Positions 47,642 through 57,567 of a DNA stretch of 64,000 nucleotides are shown here, piece after piece. The notes beneath the pieces are model-generated. The model was given only the letters and a program-made list of their open reading frames with translations, did not search any database and had not been told where the DNA came from. Each line of letters opens with the position of its first letter. The first letter of the stretch is position 1. The stretch spans positions 46,744-110,743 of IMG/VR virus record IMGVR_UViG_3300029422_000001, one strand, 5' to 3'. The stretch is from a virus. A program made the translations under genes and the position numbers.

Positions 47642-48496
47642 TTAAAAATCAATTACCGCCCGAACCATGTCTCCGATGTGCTTGTTGCCGGTGCCCGTGA
47701 GGCCACTGGAGAAGACCACGTACCACGCGACGGCCTGGCTGCTCTCAGTACTGGACCAATACCACGTCGAGGAGAGGGGAGATGCCGAAACATAAGTGAA
47801 TGCTTTGTTTAGTTCGTCCATATAATGGGCCATTAAATTTAATTGACCAAGAGATGGTATATACTCGCCATCTTCCAGCAGATTTCTCAATTTTGGATTT
47901 CTGGTTACAAGGCGTTCCGTATTGCCGCGTCCGTCAATGTCAAACAGCGCATCACATTCACGCTCGTAATATGTCCCACTTCCGGATTCTTCACGGCTAT
48001 CATCGTCAAGCAATTGTATGATATCATGCTCCGTCAGTGAGATTGCAAATGACATGTATCTGTGCTTCAACCCAATGTATCGTACACAATCTTTGGAGTT
48101 ATCGCCGGTAAACGGCTCTGCATGTCCGTCTTTGTAGATTATATACAGTCCGTCAGTTGACTCTTTCTTATCCTCTTCGGATGGTACTCTGTTTTCACAT
48201 GTACATTTCTCACTTTTGGATCTTACGATTATATTCAACTCATTTAATACATGATCCCTGATGACGCTCTCGCACGCTTTTCTTACAAAATCATGATCTC
48301 TTCGTTTGAGTTCATCATTCACCATGCATCTGATCCAGTTTTCTATCTGGTTGTCACCTCCATATGTATTAACCATGTACCGTTTTACGTGTTTCTCCAA
48401 TAACGGCTCTATGTTTTTGATTATATCTTCTTTGGTAAGGTGAAGTTCATTTAATATACAGTTCCTTACTGCCCTGCATTCTTTACTTGTGCTCAT
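47642..48496 (-). CDS. Protein with C-terminal DUF1566 (Lcl-like, C-type-lectin-fold) domain (284 aa)
   Basis: C-terminal GEYIPSLGQLNLM...YWSSTESSQAVAWYVVFSSG...MVRAVIDF matches the DUF1566 hallmarks (WRLPT..EL, YWSST, VRxV). Confidence 0.5.
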   Translation of the reverse strand: MSTSKECRAVRNCILNELHLTKEDIIKNIEPLLEKHVKRYMVNTYGGDNQIENWIRCMVNDELKRRDHDFVRKACESVIRDHVLNELNIIVRSKSEKCTCENRVPSEEDKKESTDGLYIIYKDGHAEPFTGDNSKDCVRYIGLKHRYMSFAISLTEHDIIQLLDDDSREESGSGTYYERECDALFDIDGRGNTERLVTRNPKLRNLLEDGEYIPSLGQLNLMAHYMDELNKAFTYVSASPLSSTWYWSSTESSQAVAWYVVFSSGLTGTGNKHIGDMVRAVIDF

Positions 48497-48507
48497 GATA
48501 TGCCCAT

Positions 48508-48975
48508 TTAATACTGTGAATCATATTTTCTTTCTCTCCCGCTGTCTTCCCCTATAGGATTATCCCATCCGTATTTTACAGCCGTAGCTTTAAATAGAGG
48601 TAGCCCGTAAAATCCATAATCATCCTCATCCCAGTCTTCAAGACCTTCTTCCAGGATGTAGTTCCACATCATTACACATTCAAACATTAAACTGGCTGAT
48701 ATTCCTCTCTGATTTAATGCCTTTTCAAAACCGAATCTTACATCTTCTTCAAGCTGTTTCAAAACATTCTCCCTGGTAAATTCAACTACAGTACTGTTCC
48801 ACCTTTCTTCGTTATTGTATTCTTCGTTCGGCTCCATACCGAAATCCTTTATCATGTTATATGGGATAAATTTAGCCAGTCTGTTAAAATCTCTACCGTC
48901 TAAACATTTTGATGCTAATTCTTTAAGTTGTTCTAATGTTTTCATAAGCAATTTTGTTTTATAGGTTAATCCCAT
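48508..48975 (-). CDS. Hypothetical protein (155 aa)
   Basis: ORF, minus-strand array. Confidence 0.5.
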   Translation of the reverse strand: MGLTYKTKLLMKTLEQLKELASKCLDGRDFNRLAKFIPYNMIKDFGMEPNEEYNNEERWNSTVVEFTRENVLKQLEEDVRFGFEKALNQRGISASLMFECVMMWNYILEEGLEDWDEDDYGFYGLPLFKATAVKYGWDNPIGEDSGRERKYDSQY

Positions 48976-49655
48976 CCTCCAGTAGTGTACAAAGATACAT
49001 CTTCCTCCTCTACGTTTACACCTTTAATAGCCTGTAGAAGTTTTTTCTTTGTCTCCCGGCACATATTGTAACCATATCCTTTATACCGATATGAGCGCTC
49101 CCATGTACTTACTGGAAAAGGAATATTTTCGTCAATGACCAGCCTCTTCATATGAAGATGTTCGAAGAATTTCTCATGATAGAGTAGTTTGTACTCGTAT
49201 GCTACTATACTTGCAGATGAGAATGGAAAATAATCATCTTCTTTTTCTTCGTATTTGGGCTCCTTATAGTAAGCCATTTTTGCCACAGTAAAATCGAAGC
49301 TCCTAAGAATCTCTTCCGGCTTTCCAAACTCTGACTCTATAAACTCTACCCATACCTTTTCTCCCTCTTTCTGGAATGCGCATACCTTCTTATTTCTATA
49401 TTTAAATTTCCATCCTTCTTTCTGATGTTTTTCATCATTGAACAAATCAACAGCCTCCTGAAAATCGCTTTCACTTTCAAAGAAAATATCAATGTCTTTT
49501 ACTCTTTCTCCGGAAAGGATATTTTTAAAACATCCTCCGGCAATGAATCCTTTATGACCTTCCATATATTTGTCAAGCCATCTTATTTGCCAGAAGTTAT
49601 CTGGAGTGTCTGTTATGAAATTACTCATATCGTTTATGTTTTTGATTGTCACCAA
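48966..49655 (-). CDS. Pol-beta-superfamily nucleotidyltransferase, CCA-adding/poly(A)-polymerase head-domain-like (229 aa)
   Basis: FIAGGCFKNILSGERVKDIDIFF matches the class-II CCA-enzyme motif GGAVRDLLLGRPPKDFDI (hGGxxR/KxxLxGxxxKDxDh). Confidence 0.55.
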   Translation of the reverse strand: MVTIKNINDMSNFITDTPDNFWQIRWLDKYMEGHKGFIAGGCFKNILSGERVKDIDIFFESESDFQEAVDLFNDEKHQKEGWKFKYRNKKVCAFQKEGEKVWVEFIESEFGKPEEILRSFDFTVAKMAYYKEPKYEEKEDDYFPFSSASIVAYEYKLLYHEKFFEHLHMKRLVIDENIPFPVSTWERSYRYKGYGYNMCRETKKKLLQAIKGVNVEEEDVSLYTTGGWD

Positions 49656-49903
49656 GCGAGATAAAAATTCCGCTTTACAATAATACAGTAAGGGTAGCCA
49701 TCCAGATCAATACCATTATCTGCAAATGTATCCAGGACCCGTTTTTCAACATATTTCAGTTTTACTATTATTCCTTTCTGTAACTCTTCTAACATCTTTT
49801 CATTACACTCAATAGGCCCAATAAGACAGTATCTATTCGAAGGATTGTCTGATATACAATATGTCTGACATCCTAACATGTTGCTTAAAATATTCTCATA
49901 CAT
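49649..49903 (-). CDS. Hypothetical protein (84 aa)
   Basis: ORF, minus-strand array. Confidence 0.45.
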   Translation of the reverse strand: MYENILSNMLGCQTYCISDNPSNRYCLIGPIECNEKMLEELQKGIIVKLKYVEKRVLDTFADNGIDLDGYPYCIIVKRNFYLAW

Positions 49904-49927
49904 ATTTTTATGATTTTAATATGATAT

Positions 49928-50659
49928 TTACAAACGTCGAAACTGATAGTGACTCGCTGTATTTACGATCTTTGACAAAGCCCCTGCTTTTAAGCAGGGG
50001 ATCAATTCTTCTGGATTTTCAACAGTTCCTAAAAGATATTCATTGCCCTCAAAAGGAATGCAACAATTCCACAGCGTTCCATTGGAACATTCATACTTAT
50101 AAGACAATCCATCAGAATCGTCCACAATTTCCCTTGCAAACAAGCTGATATGCCATTCTTTATCGTCCTCGTCTCTTACCAGCACTTTGTCAAACGGCTT
50201 AAAATCATATTTCGGCTTTTCTTCAATCCCGAAGAAGCGTTTCAGATACTCTTTAGCTTTAGGTTCTTTGCTTGCCTTTAATGCGTCAACCAACTTTTGT
50301 CTTTCGGACTCAGTGGCAAATCTGTATTTTTCTATCTGATTTTCCCAAGCAGATAAACCATCTTCTATTTTAAGAATACCTTTTTGATTTAAAGAGGCAT
50401 AAAAAGACGTTAAATATTTCCCATGTGTATTTAAAATAAAGATATAGCTACCATCTTTATTGCTTAACACCTCTCCATCTTTAAATGTAATATATTCTGG
50501 AACTTCAAGAAGGAGGCGATTTTCGCTGCTAAGTGCTTTTCCTGTAGCAGAAAACCAGTCTGCCGATACAGAAATCGAATGAATTACAACCAATAACGGA
50601 CAATTTGACGAATTGTCTTCATATACGATTTCTGCTCTATTTTGTCCTTTCTCTGTCAC
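49928..50659 (-). CDS. Hypothetical protein (243 aa)
   Basis: ORF, minus-strand array. Confidence 0.55.
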   Translation of the reverse strand: MTEKGQNRAEIVYEDNSSNCPLLVVIHSISVSADWFSATGKALSSENRLLLEVPEYITFKDGEVLSNKDGSYIFILNTHGKYLTSFYASLNQKGILKIEDGLSAWENQIEKYRFATESERQKLVDALKASKEPKAKEYLKRFFGIEEKPKYDFKPFDKVLVRDEDDKEWHISLFAREIVDDSDGLSYKYECSNGTLWNCCIPFEGNEYLLGTVENPEELIPCLKAGALSKIVNTASHYQFRRL

Positions 50660-50777
50660 AATACGACCTGCTATTTCCCCTATGTTTATTTTTTCGCCGT
50701 TTCTAAATCAAACGGAACAATAATTGGATTTTCCATATTTTTCTTGTTTTTAGTTGTTATAAAATAAGATGGGTTAC

Positions 50778-51842
50778 TTAAACCCATCCCAGTTGTTTTG
50801 CTATTCTCTCCATTTCGTTATATGCTATCCTATGACATCCAACGGTTAGCAAATCGTTTTCGTACCGATTTAGACTCCACTGGTGACCGGTGACGTCCTC
50901 CACCAGACCGTGCCGAAACTCGGCGCCCCGGTGCATTGCCGACACAGCCCGCCACAGTTTTCTGGCTTCTGCTATTCCAATCTTTATCTGTTTACTTGTC
51001 TCAATAATATTTCCTTTTATACGGATCCAGGCGTTAGGTTTTTCACCAGGAATATAGAAAGGTGTATTCAAGAAATTTATTTCTCCTGACTTCCACTCTT
51101 CCAGTTTTTCATCAAAATCCTTGTAACGGGCTTCTTCTTCCTTTCTTAATCTCTCTAATTTTATTCTTTCTCTTTCTTCCTCACCCTTTCTCCATCTTTC
51201 AGATCTTTCTGAATACTTAATCCATGTACCTTCCCCGCAAACTTCATCTACAATCACATTAACGGTTCCAAGGACTTCCAGTGCTTGATGATTCAACAAT
51301 ATCTGGAAAATGTGTTTCAATTCACGGACATACTCACGTTTAATCTTATCTGATTTCCGTGATAATTCATGGTTAGTTCCAAGCCATTCGTTTGCGCTCT
51401 TTTTAAGAAGACGCCGGGGAGTCCCCATATCGAAGAACTCAATATAATCCATCAGATTTTTAAACGTTTCCCAAATATCTCGATAGGACAATTCGGTTCT
51501 TGCTTTTTTGTATTTTTCAATAGCATCTTTAATGGATTCCAACATATTGGTAACAAAGAGCATGTTACCGATACAATATGACATATTACATTCAACATAG
51601 AACACCTTTGAACCAGTTGGTATTGCTTCACGAACATAATATTGATGCTTGCTTGTAGTAGAAGAATGGTATGTATCATTAATCAAATACGCCTTTTCTC
51701 CACGCTTGTTTCGCACGATTCTTCCGACCTCAAAATGTCTTCCATAGGAATAAATACTTTCACCTTCAAAATAGAAGTTACTACCATGCGCTGATTCTTG
51801 CTTTTCGTTTGCCCATAAGTGAGCGACCATTGAATTGTTCAT
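50778..51842 (-). CDS. Hypothetical protein (354 aa) with ERERIKLERLRKEEE coiled segment
   Basis: ORF, minus-strand array. Confidence 0.6.
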   Translation of the reverse strand: MNNSMVAHLWANEKQESAHGSNFYFEGESIYSYGRHFEVGRIVRNKRGEKAYLINDTYHSSTTSKHQYYVREAIPTGSKVFYVECNMSYCIGNMLFVTNMLESIKDAIEKYKKARTELSYRDIWETFKNLMDYIEFFDMGTPRRLLKKSANEWLGTNHELSRKSDKIKREYVRELKHIFQILLNHQALEVLGTVNVIVDEVCGEGTWIKYSERSERWRKGEEERERIKLERLRKEEEARYKDFDEKLEEWKSGEINFLNTPFYIPGEKPNAWIRIKGNIIETSKQIKIGIAEARKLWRAVSAMHRGAEFRHGLVEDVTGHQWSLNRYENDLLTVGCHRIAYNEMERIAKQLGWV

Positions 51843-51854
51843 ATAAGTATGTTT

Positions 51855-52262
51855 TTAATTGTTTAACTTGCTTCTATTATATGATTCTCTTTGTTCATAT
51901 TTTTCAATGCGTTCGGTTATCATATCGCAGAAGACTTGCCCCTCTTTTTCGGAACCTCTGAAGTAACCAACCATCTTCAGGATATTTCCGTCAAATTCAT
52001 GGACAAACTTGTTATAATAATGTTCACCCATTACCCGTCCGTATTTTTCTACGAACAAATCCTTGTCCAGTGATTCATCCTTAAAGCAACGGTTGTAATC
52101 CCATCTTACGATACGAAACAATGTTTCAAAATTCAATCTTTCCATATCTTGTATTTTATGAATTTCCTCACATTCTTCATCCGTTAATCCAGTGTAATCA
52201 TCATTGATTAACGGACAAGCCCAATAAGATGGCAACCTGTATCTTATTACTTTTATGCTCAT
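51855..52262 (-). CDS. Hypothetical protein (135 aa)
   Basis: ORF, minus-strand array. Confidence 0.5.
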   Translation of the reverse strand: MSIKVIRYRLPSYWACPLINDDYTGLTDEECEEIHKIQDMERLNFETLFRIVRWDYNRCFKDESLDKDLFVEKYGRVMGEHYYNKFVHEFDGNILKMVGYFRGSEKEGQVFCDMITERIEKYEQRESYNRSKLNN

Positions 52263-52651
52263 AGTTTTATTAATCTACAGTTACTATCTTCAAATACCGG
52301 AACCTTCCCTTGTTCTCTAAAATAAGCAGTGGCCACCTTGAAAGCATAAAGCGGATTTACTTTCTGGATTTCTCGTTGTGATTTATAGAAAGATACTGGC
52401 TGGCATACATAGAAGTTTTCATTGCCAAGACTCCCAAAAAGCCAATCCATACTACCTTCATCACAATTAGTGCCACCCAGTATTATTAAATCACATCCGG
52501 TCTTCCGGGTTCCCAAAATAAATGCCTTGTTCTCATTCTCTGGCTGCATGAATATCTCTTTATCGATATTAAACCAATCACCCTGGCAGCTCTCTACATC
52601 CCGGAGAATAATTCCTTCAATCTCACGGGCATATTCTTCTTGTGTTTTCAT
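52259..52651 (-). CDS. Hypothetical protein (130 aa)
   Basis: ORF, 4-nt overlap. Confidence 0.5.
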   Translation of the reverse strand: MKTQEEYAREIEGIILRDVESCQGDWFNIDKEIFMQPENENKAFILGTRKTGCDLIILGGTNCDEGSMDWLFGSLGNENFYVCQPVSFYKSQREIQKVNPLYAFKVATAYFREQGKVPVFEDSNCRLIKL

Positions 52652-52688
52652 AAGATATGTTATTAAAAATGATAACTACATATGTTTC

Positions 52689-53102
52689 TTAAAAGAAATT
52701 CCAACAACCTGTTACGATAAATTCTCCCATCCCGTATTCAGCAAGTTGCTTAAACGATTCTATCCCATTGCAATAACAAGAAACATCATCATTATCATCA
52801 TCGTTGATGCTCAATGATAGTTTTATTGTCTTTCTTTGTTCATTTCCTGTCTTTTTCCGTACAATCTGACATTCTACGTATTCAGGCTCCTTACCTGTTT
52901 TTTCTACAAATTCATGAAATCTTAAATCAATTTCATGTTTGACTTCTTCAACGTTAGATATTATTACCTCGTTTTCACAATCCCCGCAAATAGCATGCTC
53001 GAAAGATTCATCAAAATAATCTATTATTTCTCTGGTATTCGGATTTACTATGGCTTCACAGACAACATTTGTTCCACCACATCTTGTACATATATATCCC
53101 AT
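52689..53102 (-). CDS. Zn-ribbon protein (137 aa)
   Basis: CTRCGG...C and CGDC motifs. Confidence 0.5.
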   Translation of the reverse strand: MGYICTRCGGTNVVCEAIVNPNTREIIDYFDESFEHAICGDCENEVIISNVEEVKHEIDLRFHEFVEKTGKEPEYVECQIVRKKTGNEQRKTIKLSLSINDDDNDDVSCYCNGIESFKQLAEYGMGEFIVTGCWNFF

Positions 53103-53246
53103 AATTATCTTCTTTTAAAATGTTCAACAATTTCATCTACTGTAGCCTTACGCCACGCAAGACAGGTCCCATCTCCCCTGAACCGGAGCTCTTTGCACTT
53201 TACCCACCTGTCTCCTGTGGCATCCGTCACTATCAGCCATTATAAC

Positions 53247-54056
53247 CTATTCTTCTAAGCCATTCTCTATCATGACTTCCTTTATCAATTCATCTGTCTC
53301 CTCGTAACATCCCCAGCAAGAATCAACCTCTTCCCATTCTTCGCAATCTTCATCCTCTCTTGATTCGTCTTTGTATTTCTTGGTAAATGCTACCTTCTTT
53401 TCAAGAACGTACCCTTTTACATCTCCCCACATCCACATACCTATGGACTTTACTTCATTATCTATAATTTTGGCACAATCTTCTTTCCAATCTCCTTCTT
53501 TGTTGCAGACTTCATTATCATATTTTTCTTTTGTAACGTATGCTATCCCTTTTATATAATCACCTTGACTATAACCCCTTGTTGACCACTCTATAGCTAC
53601 CACATCTTTTCCATATTTGGATATGATATCTAACAGGTCTTCATCATCCAGATCCTCTATTAATTCTCCTCTGTAATCAAAGTCCTTCAAATCACCTGGT
53701 AAAAACTCTTGACCTATATATGGACTTGTCTTATGCTTCAACTCCCATACATTGCTACCTCTGTTGTATGTGAATGAGATCCCATTCGCTTCCCCTTTCT
53801 TTAAATATTTTACAATATCTTTCTGTTCTATATGCTTCATTACAATAGCATCAATAACATCTCTAAGATCATGCTTGTTATCGTAGAAGAAAGTTTTCCA
53901 ATTGCATTCATCATGCAATCGATGCATATCAGAGTATTCAAAAAAGAATGACCCAAACAAACCCCAATTAGTTATAGGGCATTCTGAATCATGGCAATAA
54001 TACACTTTAATGCGATAATCGCCTACTTCTTTTGTTGTAATAAGATCGTCTTCCAT
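53247..54056 (-). CDS. Hypothetical acidic, Cys-containing protein (269 aa)
   Basis: ORF, minus-strand array. Confidence 0.55.
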   Translation of the reverse strand: MEDDLITTKEVGDYRIKVYYCHDSECPITNWGLFGSFFFEYSDMHRLHDECNWKTFFYDNKHDLRDVIDAIVMKHIEQKDIVKYLKKGEANGISFTYNRGSNVWELKHKTSPYIGQEFLPGDLKDFDYRGELIEDLDDEDLLDIISKYGKDVVAIEWSTRGYSQGDYIKGIAYVTKEKYDNEVCNKEGDWKEDCAKIIDNEVKSIGMWMWGDVKGYVLEKKVAFTKKYKDESREDEDCEEWEEVDSCWGCYEETDELIKEVMIENGLEE

Positions 54057-54104
54057 GTCTTTATATTTTAAATAGTTCTTAATTTTTCTGCTGCTGTCAT
54101 AATA

Positions 54105-54419
54105 TTAATCTGTTATTCTGTAATAATAATCAAGTTCTTCTCCCTTAAAGTTATTCATGGCATACTCGTCAGCTTCTCGCCACAACCGGTCATACAGTGC
54201 AGCCAGTTCACGATTGCTGTCATAATGCTGCCAGATTTTATGATTCAATACGAGCGTTAATTCCGTGAAAAACTTATAATCATCTTTCCATTCACTGAAT
54301 GCACGTTTGTAGGTATCTTTGACACCTGCTACACCATACTTGTCGGCTATGCTGAAATCTTCCCAAAAGGTAGTTATCCGGTCATAGCCGTTCTCCTGCA
54401 TAAATTCTCGAAATGTCAT
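54105..54419 (-). CDS. Hypothetical protein (104 aa)
   Basis: ORF, minus-strand array. Confidence 0.5.
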   Translation of the reverse strand: MTFREFMQENGYDRITTFWEDFSIADKYGVAGVKDTYKRAFSEWKDDYKFFTELTLVLNHKIWQHYDSNRELAALYDRLWREADEYAMNNFKGEELDYYYRITD

Positions 54420-54453
54420 AAGCTATTATTTTAATCTTCTTTTTACATTATGC

Positions 54454-55209
54454 TTACTTTTTCCAGCACCAAAAATTCACAGCATATTTTCCAGTAGTTA
54501 TAAATATCTTATCTCCTCCTATCTCCGCAAGTATGTTCTTTCCAAATATCCTTGTAAGAAGCGGTATATACTTTGCATCTATAGGTAAATCCTGGATTTC
54601 TTTTATAGGTCTATATGGCACAAACGCTTTGTTCTCATATACCATCTCAATATACAATCCATCCGGTGATTCAAACACGTCTTTCCCTTTCTGTCTCATC
54701 CCAGATCGTATTATCCGTTCTTTCCAAGATTGAATATATGATTTTCTAAGGGTCTCATTTATCTTATTAATGACCTCTTCCTTAAATTCGTAATACTCAT
54801 ATATACGACCTTTGTAGTCAGCTATCATTTCTTCAATCTTACTTTCGGATGCCCATAACCCATAATACACATAGCAATCCAATAATCTATCTACCGAAGA
54901 AACACCAATCAGTACCATTTTAGAAAGTGGATTTCCCTCTTTTTCCAATTCTTCTCTTGCTCTGTCTGTCGCCGCATCCCACCATTGCCCTTCACACTTC
55001 TCTATCTCCCCGTTGTCAAGTACGATATCGAACTTTCTACCTCCGAAAGCTTCTCTTCGCTCATTTCTCTTTGCAAGGAAATCATAGAATATACCTCCTA
55101 TCCTTCCAATAATGGTATCATCTCCGTACTTTGTGCTAATTTTATCAGGCATTTCGTCAAAGACAAGGAACTTCGATTCTCCTGACTCTACTAAATATAA
55201 TAGCTTCAT
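54454..55209 (-). CDS. Hypothetical protein (251 aa)
   Basis: ORF, minus-strand array. Confidence 0.55.
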   Translation of the reverse strand: MKLLYLVESGESKFLVFDEMPDKISTKYGDDTIIGRIGGIFYDFLAKRNERREAFGGRKFDIVLDNGEIEKCEGQWWDAATDRAREELEKEGNPLSKMVLIGVSSVDRLLDCYVYYGLWASESKIEEMIADYKGRIYEYYEFKEEVINKINETLRKSYIQSWKERIIRSGMRQKGKDVFESPDGLYIEMVYENKAFVPYRPIKEIQDLPIDAKYIPLLTRIFGKNILAEIGGDKIFITTGKYAVNFWCWKK

Positions 55210-55220
55210 GATTTATCTCT

Positions 55221-55700
55221 TTAGATGTAAGTTATGCTGCCAACATTAATCTGCATTATATCGTTTTCCAACGTAATGAAATTATTTTGTTTTATGGGCC
55301 CAAACATCAATCCATATACACTTACTGTATTAAACAACCTAACAGTGTGAAAATCTTCATTTGGCTCTACCCTGTTTTTATCCCAATATCCCAAATCGTT
55401 GATAGTTGCCGGGAATCCTCCTACGTCGTTATACTTATAGTAATCGTTTTGATTGAAAACGATTCCCTTTATTAACAGGTTCCCGATGCTTTTCATGTTG
55501 AATCCGGACAACGCGATCTGCTCTGAGATATAACTAATCAAACAGTTATGATACGTGTTTGGCTTATCTCCTCTCTCGTTAATAATTTTCTTCCATTTCT
55601 TCGTTAATGGAACCCTAATAGCCATATATGCACCAAATACGACTATGTTAGGACATTCTCCTTCAAACTTCGTTAAATCTTCTACTCTCATAATTAACAA
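55221..55700 (-). CDS. Hypothetical protein (159 aa)
   Basis: ORF, minus-strand array. Confidence 0.5.
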   Translation of the reverse strand: MLIMRVEDLTKFEGECPNIVVFGAYMAIRVPLTKKWKKIINERGDKPNTYHNCLISYISEQIALSGFNMKSIGNLLIKGIVFNQNDYYKYNDVGGFPATINDLGYWDKNRVEPNEDFHTVRLFNTVSVYGLMFGPIKQNNFITLENDIMQINVGSITYI

Positions 55701-55793
55701 ACATTTGTATTGTTTTCGTCGTTCATTATCTGACTAATGTACGGTCCTGGCCACAGACAGCCAGGCCGACCTCATGGCAGGGCAGGCGCCGCC

Positions 55794-55982
55794 TTATTCT
55801 GGCTGTTCTACCCACTCCCTGTATCCTACATTAAAACCAATAGGATCATACCTTTTGATCATAGTGCCATAATTCTCTCTACCGCAATACCTGTTCTTTC
55901 CTCCAATGATCCATGCCTCATCGTCTCTATCTGGAGATATGGAGTTAAGATACTTTTCATAATCCTTTCTACTCTTTCCCAT
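55794..55982 (-). CDS. Hypothetical small protein (62 aa)
   Basis: ORF, overlaps the next by 14 nt. Confidence 0.35.
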   Translation of the reverse strand: MGKSRKDYEKYLNSISPDRDDEAWIIGGKNRYCGRENYGTMIKRYDPIGFNVGYREWVEQPE

Positions 55983-56328
55983 CTTTGTCTTGATTTAAAC
56001 AATAGTTAATAAAATAAGCAACCTGTTCATTTTCCCCTGTATTATCAAAATCACCTAAAGTCATATCATCATAATCCAGCAGAACCATACGAAAACCGTT
56101 TTTTTTGACATACACCTCCGTTAAAAACATAGGAATCCCAGCAATTTCTATTATCACCGGAAACTGATCATCAAAGTCAAACGCATTATTATCTTCTCCC
56201 CATTTTTTAAATTTTAGCTTTATACTTCCACCGTTCTCCACTAATGCCTCTTTGATGTACTTTAACCTTTTTGCATTCAGATCAATCTCTGCTTTTTCTA
56301 TTTCTTTGTACAATTCATTCAGATCCAT
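55969..56328 (-). CDS. Hypothetical protein (119 aa)
   Basis: ORF, minus-strand array. Confidence 0.5.
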   Translation of the reverse strand: MDLNELYKEIEKAEIDLNAKRLKYIKEALVENGGSIKLKFKKWGEDNNAFDFDDQFPVIIEIAGIPMFLTEVYVKKNGFRMVLLDYDDMTLGDFDNTGENEQVAYFINYCLNQDKDGKE

Positions 56329-56830
56329 ATTCCACTATATTTATGTTGTCAAATTTTTCTTTTATAACATCCAAGGCTCCACACTCGTTTGTTACCATAA
56401 CATACTTTCCTGGCTTCATTCTCCACAGATTAAAATATCTTGTCACATTTATAATGCTATTAAATAATGATATTTCGTATCTTGTGTTCCCATTTTCATC
56501 ATGTCCAGCTTTTTTAAAATAACATAGGGTCGGCTTGTATTTGAAATAATTAAAAAGCCTATACCATCCCTTCCCGTTACATGTTTCACGATTCCATATT
56601 CCAGTAAGCTTCCTATATCCCCTTACCGGTATTTTCACTATTTCCCTTGGCACGATTTTAATATACTTTCCTTCTCCGATTGGTATAGTCATATTACCTG
56701 TCTCTTCCGTGCAAAAGTATTCTATTTCAGATGCCATGTCTTTATATACATAGAACCGGTATAGGTTCCCGTCAGGGTCTACCCGATCCATGTAATATAA
56801 TATCACTTTGTCTACTTTTATCTTTTTCAT
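56315..56830 (-). CDS. Hypothetical protein (171 aa)
   Basis: ORF, minus-strand array. Confidence 0.5.
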   Translation of the reverse strand: MKKIKVDKVILYYMDRVDPDGNLYRFYVYKDMASEIEYFCTEETGNMTIPIGEGKYIKIVPREIVKIPVRGYRKLTGIWNRETCNGKGWYRLFNYFKYKPTLCYFKKAGHDENGNTRYEISLFNSIINVTRYFNLWRMKPGKYVMVTNECGALDVIKEKFDNINIVEYGSE

Positions 56831-57150
56831 TCCTTTATTCTACTTATCTTTAAATTGTTATTCTTACAGTATTCCTTCAACCAACTATCTGTTAGATAAC
56901 GATTGACTCTATCGTATTTCTTTTTCGGACCCTTGCTCCAGAATTTCCATTCGTTTGTGATATCGTACCCATATTTATCAAACCAATAGATATAATACAC
57001 TACGTTACCGTATAAATCCACTCTTTTTCTTTCCTGTATGACTACCTCATAAGGTATCTCCTTGTCTCTTTTTCCCATCTTTGTCCTCCTTTCTTGAATA
57101 AAAAAAACGGCACCTATCTTCACAGACCAGTGCCGGCAACTAACTCGCAT
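56827..57150 (-). CDS. Hypothetical protein (107 aa)
   Basis: ORF, minus-strand array. Confidence 0.5.
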   Translation of the reverse strand: MRVSCRHWSVKIGAVFFIQERRTKMGKRDKEIPYEVVIQERKRVDLYGNVVYYIYWFDKYGYDITNEWKFWSKGPKKKYDRVNRYLTDSWLKEYCKNNNLKISRIKE

Positions 57151-57156
57151 GAAAAA

Positions 57157-57567
57157 CTACTTAACCTCAACTAATTCTACAGAGTTGTAGAATTTAGTGA
57201 AGCTACCAACAAATTCTCTTATATTTTTATATTCTTCTGGTCGTTTTCTGTTACCATCTTTTATATAATTCACCCACAGTCTATCCTCTATGTTCTTAAT
57301 CGCATTCTCTATCGTAAATTCGTCGCTGACGCTCATTAAACACGAAGACCCGGTTTTCTTATGTGGTTTATATATCCTTGAAAAAGACCACATTTTTATT
57401 CTATCATATATATATCCGTTGTTGGGATAAACGAATCCTATCCGGCTGTCACCTTCTTTAGCGTAAAACACACCTGGCTCCTTCCCGCCCTTTCTATATA
57501 CTACAAATCCTTTTTCTTTTAGGATATTAACCACTTTATCTAATTTATTTTCTACGTTCATTTTCAT
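57157..57567 (-). CDS. Hypothetical protein (136 aa)
   Basis: ORF, minus-strand array. Confidence 0.5.
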   Translation of the reverse strand: MKMNVENKLDKVVNILKEKGFVVYRKGGKEPGVFYAKEGDSRIGFVYPNNGYIYDRIKMWSFSRIYKPHKKTGSSCLMSVSDEFTIENAIKNIEDRLWVNYIKDGNRKRPEEYKNIREFVGSFTKFYNSVELVEVK

